A DNA stretch of 64,000 nt, from assembly GCA_965223415.1 (NCBI GenBank), contig OZ245002.1, positions 5,408,001 to 5,472,000 on the forward strand. The letters are read 5' to 3'. Below the pieces are notes generated by a model that worked only from the letters and a program-made list of their open reading frames with translations, was not told the DNA's origin and did no database searches. A program made the translations under genes and the position numbers. This stretch comes from Myxococcota bacterium. Its GTDB lineage: Bacteria > Myxococcota_A > UBA9160 > UBA6930. Positions 18,054-27,805 of the stretch are shown piece after piece (the first letter of the stretch is position 1; each line of letters begins with the position of its first letter).

Positions 18054-19766
18054 ATGGCGTATCGCGAGGTCGGCATGTGGGAGATTCTGGAGGTGCTCCG
18101 CCGGGCGCACCGAGGCGAGAGCCAGGTGGCGATGGCGCGGGCCACGGGGCACACGCGCAAGACGATCCGGCGCTACGTGCAAGTCGCCGGGGAGCTGGGC
18201 TGGGTCGCCAGGGGGCCGAGGGAGCCGGATGAGGCCCTGGCCCAAGGGGTGGCGGCTCGGGTGCGGCCTGTGCCCACGCAGCGCGACGCGGGAGAGAGCG
18301 AGGCGCAGCTGGCGCCGCATGCCGACCGGATCCGAGCGTGGCTCCAGCCCGAGGCGGGTGGCCGAGGACTGCGGCTGACGAAGGTCTACGACCTGCTCGG
18401 GCGCGAGGGCGTGCGCGTCCCCTACAGCTCGCTCCACCGCTTCGCGGTCCGCCACTGCGGGTTCCAAGACCGGCGCCGGGTGACGGTGCGCATGGCGGCG
18501 GTGGCCCCCGGCGAGCTCGCCGAGGTCGACTTCGGCCGCCTCGGCATGGTCTGGGATCCGGAGACCGGGCGCCGCCGCACCGTTCATGCCCTGATCGTCA
18601 CCCTCGTCCATAGCCGCCACCAGTACGTCCACGTGACCTACGGCCAGAAGCTCCCCGATCTGCTCGAGGGGCTCGAGGACGCCTGGGCGTTCTTCGGCGG
18701 GGTCCCGGTGCGCGTGGTGCTGGACAATCTGAAGGCGGCCGTCACGAAGGCCGACCGCTACGAGCCGATCTTCCAGCGCACCTTCGCCGAGTACGCCCAC
18801 TACCGCGGCTTCGTCATCGATGCCGCCGTGCCTCGGCATCCCAAGGGCAAGCCCCACGTCGAGCGCCAGGTGCAGTACGTGCGCGAGCGCTTCTTCCGTG
18901 GCGAGCAGTGGCTGGGACGCGACCACGTGCAGCGCGAGGCCGCGCGCTGGTGCCTGGAGGTCGCCGGCCAGCGCACTCACGGGACGACGCGCAAGAGGCC
19001 CCTGGCCGTCTTCGAGAACACGGAGAAGCCGGCTCTGCAGCCCCTCGTGCGCCCGCGCTTCGATCCGCCCACCTGGGCCGAGGCGAAGGTCCACCCCGAC
19101 CACCACGTCCAGTTCCAAAAGGCCTTCTACACCGTGCCCACCCGCCACGTGGGCAAGCGCGTCTGGGTTCGCGGCGACTCGAAGCTCATCCGCATGTACG
19201 TCGACGGCGAGTGCATCAAGACCCACGAGCGCGTGGACCCTGGCTGCCGCTCCACCGACTACCACGACTATCCGCCCGAGCGTGCCCCCTACGCCATGCG
19301 GGACCCGGAAGCGGCGATCCGCCAGGCGCGCGACCAGGGGCCTCACATTGGGCGCTTCGCCGAGAAGCTCCTGGCCGGCCCCTTCCCCTGGTCCAAGCTC
19401 CGCCAGGCCCAGAAGCTGCTTCGCCTCGGCCACAAGTACGGCCTGCCGCGCGTCGACGCCGGCTGCCGCAGGGCCCTCGCCTTCGACCTCATCAACACGA
19501 AGCGCCTCGAACGCATCGTGGCCGAAGGCATCCAGCCGCTCGGCGACCCCAGCACCCCCGGACAGCTCCTGCTCCTGCCGCCCCGTTTCCTGCGCCCGCA
19601 AGGGCACTTCACCCACCCCAACGACAACCCCGACAAGGAGACCACCCCCCATGACGACCGAGATCAACCCGTCCCTCAAGACCCTGCTCAAACGCCTGAA
19701 GCTCTCGGGCATGCTGGCCACGCTCCCCGATCGCGTGGCCTACACCCGGAAGACGAAGCTCCCTGA
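18054..19766 (+). CDS. istA: IS21 transposase
   Basis: PGELAEVDFG, VLDNLK, KPHVER. Confidence 0.9.
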   Translation: MAYREVGMWEILEVLRRAHRGESQVAMARATGHTRKTIRRYVQVAGELGWVARGPREPDEALAQGVAARVRPVPTQRDAGESEAQLAPHADRIRAWLQPEAGGRGLRLTKVYDLLGREGVRVPYSSLHRFAVRHCGFQDRRRVTVRMAAVAPGELAEVDFGRLGMVWDPETGRRRTVHALIVTLVHSRHQYVHVTYGQKLPDLLEGLEDAWAFFGGVPVRVVLDNLKAAVTKADRYEPIFQRTFAEYAHYRGFVIDAAVPRHPKGKPHVERQVQYVRERFFRGEQWLGRDHVQREAARWCLEVAGQRTHGTTRKRPLAVFENTEKPALQPLVRPRFDPPTWAEAKVHPDHHVQFQKAFYTVPTRHVGKRVWVRGDSKLIRMYVDGECIKTHERVDPGCRSTDYHDYPPERAPYAMRDPEAAIRQARDQGPHIGRFAEKLLAGPFPWSKLRQAQKLLRLGHKYGLPRVDAGCRRALAFDLINTKRLERIVAEGIQPLGDPSTPGQLLLLPPRFLRPQGHFTHPNDNPDKETTPHDDRDQPVPQDPAQTPEALGHAGHAPRSRGLHPEDEAP

Positions 19767-20457
19767 GCTCGACCTCCTGGAGCTCGTCCTTCAGGACGAA
19801 GTCGATCGCCGCGACCACAAGAACCTCGAGACGCGCCTTTCCCGCGCCGGCTTCGAGGAAGAGCAGACCCTCGAGGCCTTCGACTGGGATGCCCCCGTCA
19901 CCTTCGATCGCGATCGCGTGAAGGACCTCTTCTCCCTCGGCTTCCTCGAGCGCCACGAGGACGTCATCCTGCTCGGCCCCGTGGGCGTGGGCAAGACCTT
20001 CCTGGCCTCCGCCCTGGGACACGCCGCCTGCCGGGCCGGGCACCACGTCCTCTTCCTCCGCGTCGACCGCATGTTCCACTGGCTCCACCAGTCGCGAGCC
20101 GACCTCTCGACCGAGAAGGTCTTCCGACGCCTCCTCGCCCCGGACCTCCTCGTCCTCGACGACTTCGGCCTCCGGCGCCTCTCCGCCGAGCAGTCGAGCG
20201 ATCTCTACGAGGTCGTCCTCGAACGCCACCGCCGCGCTTCGACGATCGTCACCAGCAACCGCGCCATCGAGGAATGGATCCCCCTCTTCGACGACCCCAT
20301 CCTGGCCCAGAGCGCCCTCGACCGCCTCGCCCACAACGCCTACCAGCTCGTCATCGAGGGCGAGAGCTACCGCAAGCAACAGCGCCCCGGCGAAATGCCG
20401 ACCCACACCCCCGCCAATCCCCAGCGCCGAAGCCGCCGCCGAACCCGCGTCCGCTGA
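19651..20457 (+). CDS. istB: IS21 helper ATPase
   Basis: GPVGVGKT, LVLDDFG, TSNR, LDRL. Confidence 0.93.
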   Translation: MTTEINPSLKTLLKRLKLSGMLATLPDRVAYTRKTKLPELDLLELVLQDEVDRRDHKNLETRLSRAGFEEEQTLEAFDWDAPVTFDRDRVKDLFSLGFLERHEDVILLGPVGVGKTFLASALGHAACRAGHHVLFLRVDRMFHWLHQSRADLSTEKVFRRLLAPDLLVLDDFGLRRLSAEQSSDLYEVVLERHRRASTIVTSNRAIEEWIPLFDDPILAQSALDRLAHNAYQLVIEGESYRKQQRPGEMPTHTPANPQRRSRRRTRVR

Positions 20458-21928
20458 CGCCAAACAAGGAGCGTGCTACCTCATCCACCGGCCCGGGACC
20501 CATGGGTCAACCCCGTGAGAATACCTGGGTCATGCCCGCGGGAATCGACAAACGGATGCAAGGAAGCAGCGGCAGGCGTTCGTTCGCGACTACGAGAGCG
20601 GTCAGTGGTCGATGAGCGAGCTGTGTCGGCGGTATCGTGTCTCCCGGCCCACAGGCTACAAGTGGCTCGGGCGCTTCGAGTCGGAGGGGGAGGCCGGCCT
20701 GGAGGAGAGGTCCCGTGCGCCGGCTCGCTGCCCGCACAGGACGCCAGCGAGCGTGGAGCGCAAGATCCTGGCCCTTCGCGCCGAGTACGGCTGGGGTGCG
20801 AAGAAGATCTTGCAGGTGCTCGAGCGCCGGTACCCGAAGATGCAGAGGCCCGCGCGAAGCACGGTGAACGCGATCCTCGATCGCCACGGCAAGCTGCGCA
20901 AGAACCGACGTCGGAAGAAGTGGTCGCATCCCGGCGCTGCGTCGCTGTCGACCGACCACCCGAACCAGGTGTGGCCCGCGGACTTCAAGGGCCAATTCAA
21001 GATGCGCAACGGTCGCTACTGCTACCCGCTGACCGTGACCGACCACTGCAGCCGCAAGCTCCTGATGTGCCGCGGGCTGCACTCGATTCGCACCGAGGGC
21101 GTGAAGCCGCTGTTTCGGGAGCTCTTTCGCGAGGTCGGACTTCCCGAGGCGATTCGCACCGACAACGGTGCCCCCTTCGCATCGACCGGGATCCACGGCC
21201 TGTGCGAACTCAACGTGTGGTGGATGAAGCTCGGCATCGTGCACCAGCGCATCCGTCCTTCGAGCCCCCAACAGAACGGGCAGCACGAGAGGATGCACAA
21301 GGACCTCAAACGCGAGGCGACCCGCCCGCCTGGCGCGAACCTCAACGTCCAGCAGCGGATGCTCGAGGCCTTTCGTCGACGCTACAACGAGGAGCGGCCG
21401 CACGAAGCACTCGGTGGAGCGTTTCCCGAGGAGCGCTACGAGCCCTCGCCGCGGCCGTACCCCAGTCGCCTCTCGCCGCCGGAGTACCCTGCGCAGATGG
21501 AAGTGCGCCGCGTGAGCCGGGCCGGGACGTTTCGGCTGAAGGCGAAGCAGCCCTTCCTGAGCAACGCACTGGCCGATGAGTACATCGGACTTGAAGAGAT
21601 CGGCGACGGCATCTGGAGCATCGTCTACTACGAGACGATCCTGGGCCGCATCGACGAGCGCAGCAGGAAGATCACCGGAGTCTGAGAGGTGTAAACGATC
21701 TACCTGGACTTGTGTAAAGGATCAGCCGGACCGGTCACAGGGCACCGGGCGATCCCGAGCGTTGGCGTCTGGCCTACAACCATGCGGAGCGATTGGGGGT
21801 GTCGGGTGCCGGTCGGTGCCGTCACTGCCGAGCGGCCGAGTCTCGCAACCCCTCGAGAACACTGCGTGTCCGAACTGAGCCCCAGCCGCGGCACCTGAGG
21901 GTCGCAGCGGAACCGATGCAACCCCGCG

Positions 21929-22676
21929 TGTGCTTAGCGAGACATCGCTGACACCTGATTCCGGAGACATGGTTTACACAATCGGCAATTTGGGGAGCCC
22001 CCGGATGCCGTGGAGAACGTGTAGACCGATGGATGAACGCCTCCGCTTCGTAGCTCGCCTGCTCGAGGGCGAGAAGATGGCGCCCCTGTGCCGCGAGTTC
22101 GGGATCTCCCGGGTCACCGGGTACAAGATCTACGAGCGCTACAAGACCTGCGGCCTCGAGGGCCTGAACGACCGCTCCCGCCGGCCCTATCGCCACGCCA
22201 ACAAGCTGCCGTACCAGGTCGAACGCGCGATCCTGGGGATCAAGAAGGAGTACCCCTCCTGGGGGGCTCCGAAGATCCGCGACAAGCTGATCCGCGACTT
22301 CCCGATGATCAAACCGCCCGCGGTGAGCACGGTGCATGCCGTGCTGGATCGCAACGGACTGGTCATGCGGCGGAAGCGGAGACGCCACAAGGCCAAGGGC
22401 ACGGAGCTCAAGGCGGCCCACGCTCCGAACGGCCTGTGGTGCGCAGACTTCAAGGGCGAGTTCATGCTCGGCAGCAAGCAGTACTGCTACCCGCTGACGA
22501 TCACCGACTACCGAACGCGCTACCTACTCGCCTGCGAGGGTCTCTCGTCGACGCGGTCGGACTTCGCCTTCTCCGTCTTCGAGAGGACCTTCAAGGACTT
22601 CGGGCTGCCGACGGCGATCCGCACCGACAACGGGGTTCCCTTCGCGTCGCCCAACGCACTCTTCGGTCTCTCGAAG
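21929..22676 (+). mobile_element. IS481-family 5' fragment with left end
   Basis: TGT start, GACATGGTTTACA motif, MPW..WCADFKG..IRTDNG, then truncated. Confidence 0.85.
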
Positions 22677-22681
22677 TCAAC

Positions 22682-23014
22682 ATGCTCGAAGGCATCTTCG
22701 GAAACGCCAGCGCCGAGAAAGTGCTGCTCTACCTCGAGCAGTACGAGGAGGGCTACGCGACCGCGATCGCCCGGACCTTCGACGGCCTGTCGCTCAACAT
22801 GGCGCAGCGGCAGCTCGAGCGATTCGAGCGCGCCGGCGCGCTGGTGAGCTCGCTCCAGGGCCGCACCCGCCTCTACACCTGGAATCCCCGCTATCCGTTT
22901 CGGCGCGAGCTGCGGGCCCTCCTCCGCAAGGCGCTCGACCAGCTGCCCGCGTCAGAGCGCAAGCGCTACTTCACCGAACGAAGACGGCCGCGCCGAGCGG
23001 GCAAGCCGATTTGA
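22682..23014 (+). CDS. Winged-HTH protein
   Basis: MLEGIFGN..EKVLLYL..YATAIAR..QRQLERFE..GRTRLYTWNP; coupled downstream ORF (23011) cut by IS21. Confidence 0.75.
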   Translation: MLEGIFGNASAEKVLLYLEQYEEGYATAIARTFDGLSLNMAQRQLERFERAGALVSSLQGRTRLYTWNPRYPFRRELRALLRKALDQLPASERKRYFTERRRPRRAGKPI

Positions 23015-23216
23015 GCAAGAAGCCTCGGATCAGCCAGCCCACCTCTCTGGAGGATCTGGCCGCCCTCGTCTGCTCCACGCTTGTCGAGGGACGTCATCTC
23101 TTGCGCGCTAAGAGGACGGCTAGTTTTGCGCACCCCCCTGGGTTGATGTTCGGTTCTTCCTTCTTCTCTTCCGCTCTCCGAAGGAGAGCACGGCCGTCAG
23201 GCCGCCCTCTGGGGCC

Positions 23217-24017
23217 TCAACGCTGGGCGCTTTGCCCCGCGGCCTGCTCGAGCTCGCGGAGCCGGTAGCTCCGCCCCGAGATGTTGAGCACCTGGCTGTG
23301 GTGGAGGAGGCGATCGAGGATGGCGGTGGCCAGCACCTCGTCGCCCGCCAGCACCTCGGGCCAGTCGGCGATGCCCTTGTTCGTGGTGATCAGGATCGAG
23401 CCCCTCCCATAGCGGTAGGAGACGAGCCGGAAGAAGAGGCTCGCCTCCTGGCGCGTCATGGGCTCGAAGCCGACCTCGTCGATGACGAGGAGCGCCACGT
23501 TCATGTGCTTGCGCCGCCGCAGCCGTTGCGGGCTGATCTCGGCGTCGCGCTTGAGGGCCGCCAGCAGGTCCTCGAGGCGATGGAAGGCCACGGAGAAGCC
23601 GTTCTCCACGGCCCGCACCCCCAGGGCCACCGCCAGGTGGGTCTTGCCCACTCCCGGCGGACCCTGGATCAGCAGACTCTCCTTGGCCCGGATCCACGCG
23701 CAGGTGCCCAGCGTCTCGATCCGGCTCCGCTCCACACTCGGCTGGAAGGCGAAGTCGAAGTTGCCGAGGGTCTGCCCCGTGGGAAGGCCCGAGAGACGGA
23801 GCGAGGTCTTCATCCTCCGCTCCTCGCGGTGCTGCAGCTCGGCCTCGAGCAGCAGGTCGAGGAAGCGGTGGGGCACGAGGTCGTCCTTGGTCGCTCGGGC
23901 CAGCTCCTCGCCGATGTGCTCGGCCGCGTGATGGAGGCCGAGGCGCACGAGCCGCTCGCGGGTCGGGTCGAGATCCACCTTGCCGCCCTTCTTGGGCACC
24001 GGGTTTCCCGCCGTCAT
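23217..24017 (-). CDS. istB: IS21 helper ATPase
   Basis: Same protein as 13345-14145. Confidence 0.93.
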   Translation of the reverse strand: MTAGNPVPKKGGKVDLDPTRERLVRLGLHHAAEHIGEELARATKDDLVPHRFLDLLLEAELQHREERRMKTSLRLSGLPTGQTLGNFDFAFQPSVERSRIETLGTCAWIRAKESLLIQGPPGVGKTHLAVALGVRAVENGFSVAFHRLEDLLAALKRDAEISPQRLRRRKHMNVALLVIDEVGFEPMTRQEASLFFRLVSYRYGRGSILITTNKGIADWPEVLAGDEVLATAILDRLLHHSQVLNISGRSYRLRELEQAAGQSAQR

Positions 24018-25300
24018 CGCGCCACCTCCGCCAGATCGGCATAGAGGTCGATCGGCCGCTGCTCCGGCTCCATCGCCCACAGCTCCTGGAGGCGTCGACC
24101 CATGCGCCCGAGCGGTACGGGCGCCTCCACCCCCTCCGTGCTCGGCCCCTCGTAGTGGCTCGGGTCCAGCAGCAGGCGGCTTCGCGTGTGGCGCGGGTGC
24201 GCGGCCACCACCGAGCCCTCGGCCCAGACCTGCACCTGCCGGGCGCAGCCGCGCACCTCGACGCTCTGCTCGACGAAGCGGAAGGGGACGCTGTAGGTAC
24301 GCCCCTCGAAGCGCACCGTGGCGTCGCGCCCGACACGTCGCATCACGGCCAGGTCGAAGGGCTCGGGAAGCCGCTCGGGCAGGGCCCCGAGATGGGGCTT
24401 CTCCGCCTCCCACGCCTGGAAGACCGTCGTGCCCGTCGCCGGGCACTGCCGCCGGTGGCTCGAGCGCGCCACCTGGCCGTCCGTCCACGCTTGCAGCGAC
24501 TCCAGGCTCTCGTGCTCCCGCCGACGCGGATCGAAGCCCCGCCGGTGCCCCAGGATCCGACGCTCCACCTTCCCCTTCTCCTGCGGCTGGCGGGGACGGG
24601 TGGCGTCCACGTGGAAGCGAAGGGCCCCGGCATAGCTCGCGTAAGCCGGGTTCACCGTCCCCCATGGCCCCGCCCCCTTCGCCACCGCTGTCTTCACGTT
24701 GTCGACCCGCAGCACCGCCGGCACCCCGCCCAGCCGCTCGAAGGCCCGGTTGTGCACGTCCAGCCACGCCAGCGTGTCCGCCCGCTCCGACCACACCACC
24801 GCTTCTCGCCGCGAGTGCGAGAGCACCAGGTGGAAGGCATGCAGGTCCACCTCCTGGCCCCCGATCCGCACGCCCGGAAACTCGCCCCAGTCCACCTGAC
24901 CCTGCGCCCCGGGCGGTGTCTCCACCCGACGCCGGCTCCGCACCTTCGGTCTCGGGAACCGGGCCCGCACGTACCGCTGCACGCTCTTGGAGCTCCCCGT
25001 GTACCCGTGCTCCTCCACCAGGAACTCGTGAAGCTCCTGCAGGTTCACGCCACGGCCTCCCGAGCTCGCCTCCAGCCACTCCGCGATCACCTCGTGGACC
25101 GCCTCGGCCAGGAAGGGCTTCCCGCTCCGGCCGTCTCGCGCCCCCTCCGCCAGCCGCTTCAGCCGGTAGCGCACCGCGCTCTCCCGGATCCCCAGCTGGC
25201 GGGCGATCTCCCGGTTCGAGCACCCCCGCTCGTGCAGCACTTCGATCGTCATCACTTCCTCCTGCCTCAGTCGCCGCTGCCCCACGCCCCCCTCCCTCAC
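24014..25300 (-). CDS. istA: IS21 transposase
   Basis: Same protein as 12062-13348. Confidence 0.92.
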   Translation of the reverse strand: MREGGVGQRRLRQEEVMTIEVLHERGCSNREIARQLGIRESAVRYRLKRLAEGARDGRSGKPFLAEAVHEVIAEWLEASSGGRGVNLQELHEFLVEEHGYTGSSKSVQRYVRARFPRPKVRSRRRVETPPGAQGQVDWGEFPGVRIGGQEVDLHAFHLVLSHSRREAVVWSERADTLAWLDVHNRAFERLGGVPAVLRVDNVKTAVAKGAGPWGTVNPAYASYAGALRFHVDATRPRQPQEKGKVERRILGHRRGFDPRRREHESLESLQAWTDGQVARSSHRRQCPATGTTVFQAWEAEKPHLGALPERLPEPFDLAVMRRVGRDATVRFEGRTYSVPFRFVEQSVEVRGCARQVQVWAEGSVVAAHPRHTRSRLLLDPSHYEGPSTEGVEAPVPLGRMGRRLQELWAMEPEQRPIDLYADLAEVAR

Positions 25301-25383
25301 GGGGAACGTGCCGCGCAGCGGCTCAACAGGAGGTGCGCAAATCTACGTGTCCTCTTAGCCCTCGAATATCACGTCCTGCGACA

Positions 25384-25685
25384 ACCTCTACCCGACGGTG
25401 CAGGTCCACCACCTGCACCATGCGCGCGAGCGGCGCCTGCAGGACTCGAACTTCGCGGGCGTGAGCACCCTCTTCGACGTCGTGTTCGGCACCTTCCGCC
25501 ACCCCGACGGGCACCCGTTCGAGGACTACGGCATCGGGGGCGACCCGGTGCCCGCGGGCTTCATCGCGCAGCTCCTCTACCCCGTGCGCCGATGGTTCGA
25601 AGGCGCGATGGGCGCGGGCGGCGGCGCCTCCGTTGGAGGGAGCCTCGCGGAGACGGCCGGGCGTGGGCACCCTCCGTCGGGGTGA
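25384..25685 (+). pseudogene. 3' fragment of a sterol desaturase/fatty-acid hydroxylase
   Basis: HHLHH..SNFAG..FDVVFGTF. Confidence 0.8.
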
Positions 25686-25758
25686 TGCGATTCGCGTGGG
25701 CGGCGCAGAGCTATCCTCTGAGTTCGATCTGGGCTTTGGGCACGGGGAGCTGCGGGAG

Positions 25759-26559
25759 ATGACCGTGGGCGACGAAGCCACCTACCAGCTACTGCGCGGC
25801 TTGGGGCTCGCTGTCGCCTTTGCGCTAGGAATCGCGCTGGAGCAGTGGCGCCCGCACGAACGCCTGCGACCGGCGTGGCGCACCAACGTCGGCCTCTGGG
25901 CCATCGACGCCGCCGTCATGGCCGCTGTCTGCGGGGCGTGCGGGTGGCTCGTGGCCGCCTGGGCGGCGAGCCTCGGACTCGGGCTCTTCGCCTGGCTTGA
26001 CACCCCCACCTGGGCGGCGGCCGCGTTCGGCGTGCTGGCGCTCGATGGCGTCTCGTACGCCTGGCACCGCGCGAACCACCGGATCCCGCTCCTCTGGCGC
26101 TTCCACCAGGTACATCACGCGGACACGAGCTTCCACGTGACGACGGCGTTGCGCTTCCATCCCGGAGAGCTCCTGCTCGCCCTCCCCGTCCGCCTCGCCG
26201 CCGTGGTGGCGTTGGGCGTGCCACCGGCGGGCGTCCTCCTCTTCGAGATCGTCTTCGGGATCGCGAACCTCCTGGAGCACGGGAACTTCGACCTTCCCCG
26301 CCGCTTCGAGCCCTTGGCGCAGCGCGTGCTCATCACGCCGGCGCTGCACCGGGCGCATCACGTCTCCGACTGGCAGGAGCTGGACACGAACTTCGGCACG
26401 ATCCTCTCGGCGTGGGATCGCCTCGCCGGAACGCTGCGCACGAGTGACGGGGCTCGCCGCGTGGTGACCGGGCTGCCCGACTGGAAAGCAGAACGAGCGC
26501 CGTCGCTCTCGGAGTCGCTCTTCCTGCCCCTTTCCCAAAGCCGTTCGCGAGCGCGCTGA
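25759..26559 (+). CDS. Sterol desaturase/fatty-acid hydroxylase family
   Basis: YAWHRANH, FHQVHH, RFHP, HRAHH, TNFG..WDRL.GT. Confidence 0.9.
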   Translation: MTVGDEATYQLLRGLGLAVAFALGIALEQWRPHERLRPAWRTNVGLWAIDAAVMAAVCGACGWLVAAWAASLGLGLFAWLDTPTWAAAAFGVLALDGVSYAWHRANHRIPLLWRFHQVHHADTSFHVTTALRFHPGELLLALPVRLAAVVALGVPPAGVLLFEIVFGIANLLEHGNFDLPRRFEPLAQRVLITPALHRAHHVSDWQELDTNFGTILSAWDRLAGTLRTSDGARRVVTGLPDWKAERAPSLSESLFLPLSQSRSRAR

Positions 26560-26602
26560 AGACCCCACCCGGCGAACTCCAACAACGGCTCGATGGGCGC
26601 GG

Positions 26603-26720
26603 TTGTATCCCGCTTGTATCCCGACCCGCGCACACGTCGAGAACACGAGCGAGCACGCCCACTTGCAGACGAAGCGTGCGGGTTTCGAGAAACCCGAAAA
26701 GCTGAACGAAATCAGCTAGA
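26603..26720. repeat. Alternative left flank of the Asp module
   Basis: TTGTATCCC at 26603 and 26614; 26670-26720 homologous to ~1323-1372. Confidence 0.75.
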
Positions 26721-26817
26721 TGGCGGGGCGGACGGGACTCGAACCTACAACCTCCGGCCCTAAGTGCCCGGAAACACAATGGTTCAGACGACTGAAGCTT
26801 GTATCCCGTTGTATCCC
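26721..26817 (-). repeat. tRNA-Asp att-like module (97 bp)
   Basis: 25-nt tRNA 3' identity plus TTGTATCCC x2. Confidence 0.92.
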
Positions 26818-26882
26818 GCCATCCGCAGGCAAGGGCTCCGACATCCGTGGTGTGGTTGTAGCTTTAAAGCTACGCTAGCTCG

Positions 26883-27221
26883 GTGCCGACGGAGGTCGAG
26901 GTCAGAATCTACGCCCTGCCGGACGGCAGCGAGCCCTACACGCGGTGGGAGGCGGCACTCAGGGACAGACAGGCGCGGGCACGCATCCGGGCGCGGATCG
27001 GACGGCTTCGGCTCGGCAACTTCGGCGACGCCAAGCGCGTGGGTGAGGTGTTCGAGCTTCGGGTTCGCGCCGGGCCCGGCTACCGCATCTACTACGGAAG
27101 GGACGGCGACGCCGTGGTGGTCCTGCTCTGCGGCGGAGACAAGGGATCACAGGCGAGAGACATCGAGCGCGCCGAAGGGTATTGGCGCGACTACCGGAGT
27201 CGAAACGATGGCAAGAGCTAG
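26883..27221 (+). CDS. RelE/HigB-family addiction-module toxin
   Basis: GNFGDAKRVG.VFELRV..GPGYRIYY..LLCGGDKGSQ.RDI. Confidence 0.9.
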   Translation: MPTEVEVRIYALPDGSEPYTRWEAALRDRQARARIRARIGRLRLGNFGDAKRVGEVFELRVRAGPGYRIYYGRDGDAVVVLLCGGDKGSQARDIERAEGYWRDYRSRNDGKS

Positions 27222-27510
27222 AGACTACCGAGAGCACCTGGACGAGGTGCTGAAGGACGACGCGGAGGCGGTGGCCTACCTGAACGCCGCTCTTGCGGAG
27301 GACGACCCGGAAGTGTTCCTCCTCGCGCTCCGCGACGTGGCCCGCACTCGAGAGGGTGGACTCGCAGGCCTGGCCGAGGCCGCGCAGCTCAACCGCGAGC
27401 ACCTCTACCGGATGCTCTCCGAGAACGGCAACCCGGAGCTCCGCAGCCTGGAGGCACTCCTCGACGCGCTGGGCTTCCGCCTGAGCGTCGAGCTGAAGGC
27501 AACGGGCTGA
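27208..27510 (+). CDS. Addiction-module antidote (HTH antitoxin)
   Basis: One residue different from 14350-14652. Confidence 0.88.
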   Translation: MARARDYREHLDEVLKDDAEAVAYLNAALAEDDPEVFLLALRDVARTREGGLAGLAEAAQLNREHLYRMLSENGNPELRSLEALLDALGFRLSVELKATG

Positions 27511-27574
27511 AGCAGCCGGGAACGCCGCAACCCTTCAAGCGAAGGCCGCCGCTGTCCCCCGACCCTTGTATCTA

Positions 27575-27790
27575 CTCCACTCACCCGGATCTGGTTCAAT
27601 AGGGTCAGAACGGGTTTCGGGGGAGGGTCGCCGTCCCGACCCAGAGGCATGGTCCTCGTACCTGAGAGAGGCGCCCTCGCCCGATCTCGCAAGCTCGAAC
27701 GGTATCCCGAGGCAGCGGTCTGCCGCTCGTCCTCGCATGCACAAGGAAGAGCACCGAGGTCGGCACCGAGGCTCCCGACGCTCCCGTTCG
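27575..27790 (+). ncRNA. Predicted IS110 bridge RNA (ends approximate)
   Basis: Four guide segments in canonical order at 27635, 27660, 27699, 27741, each pair around a hairpin. Confidence 0.8.
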
Positions 27791-27805
27791 AGGAGGAAGA
27801 AGGGG

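Larger units (their letters stand above)
17890..20550 (+). mobile_element. IS21-family element C
   Basis: TGTC...GACA ends, repeated TTTCTCACGGGCATGAC; 6-bp duplication AACGGA. Confidence 0.93.
17811..21739 (+). mobile_element. IS481-family element interrupted by IS21 element C
   Basis: Imperfect ~50-bp IRs; transposase MPWMETD (17870) continues at 20557-21685 (ADFKG, TDNG, ERMH). Confidence 0.88.
23082..25383 (-). mobile_element. IS21-family element B, copy 2
   Basis: Reverse complement of 11979-14280 (same length, same ORF translations); no target duplication. Confidence 0.95.

Noticed and set aside
21930..23014. Transposase-HTH fusion ORFs
   Set aside because: Artefacts of a truncated IS481 abutting an independent wHTH gene
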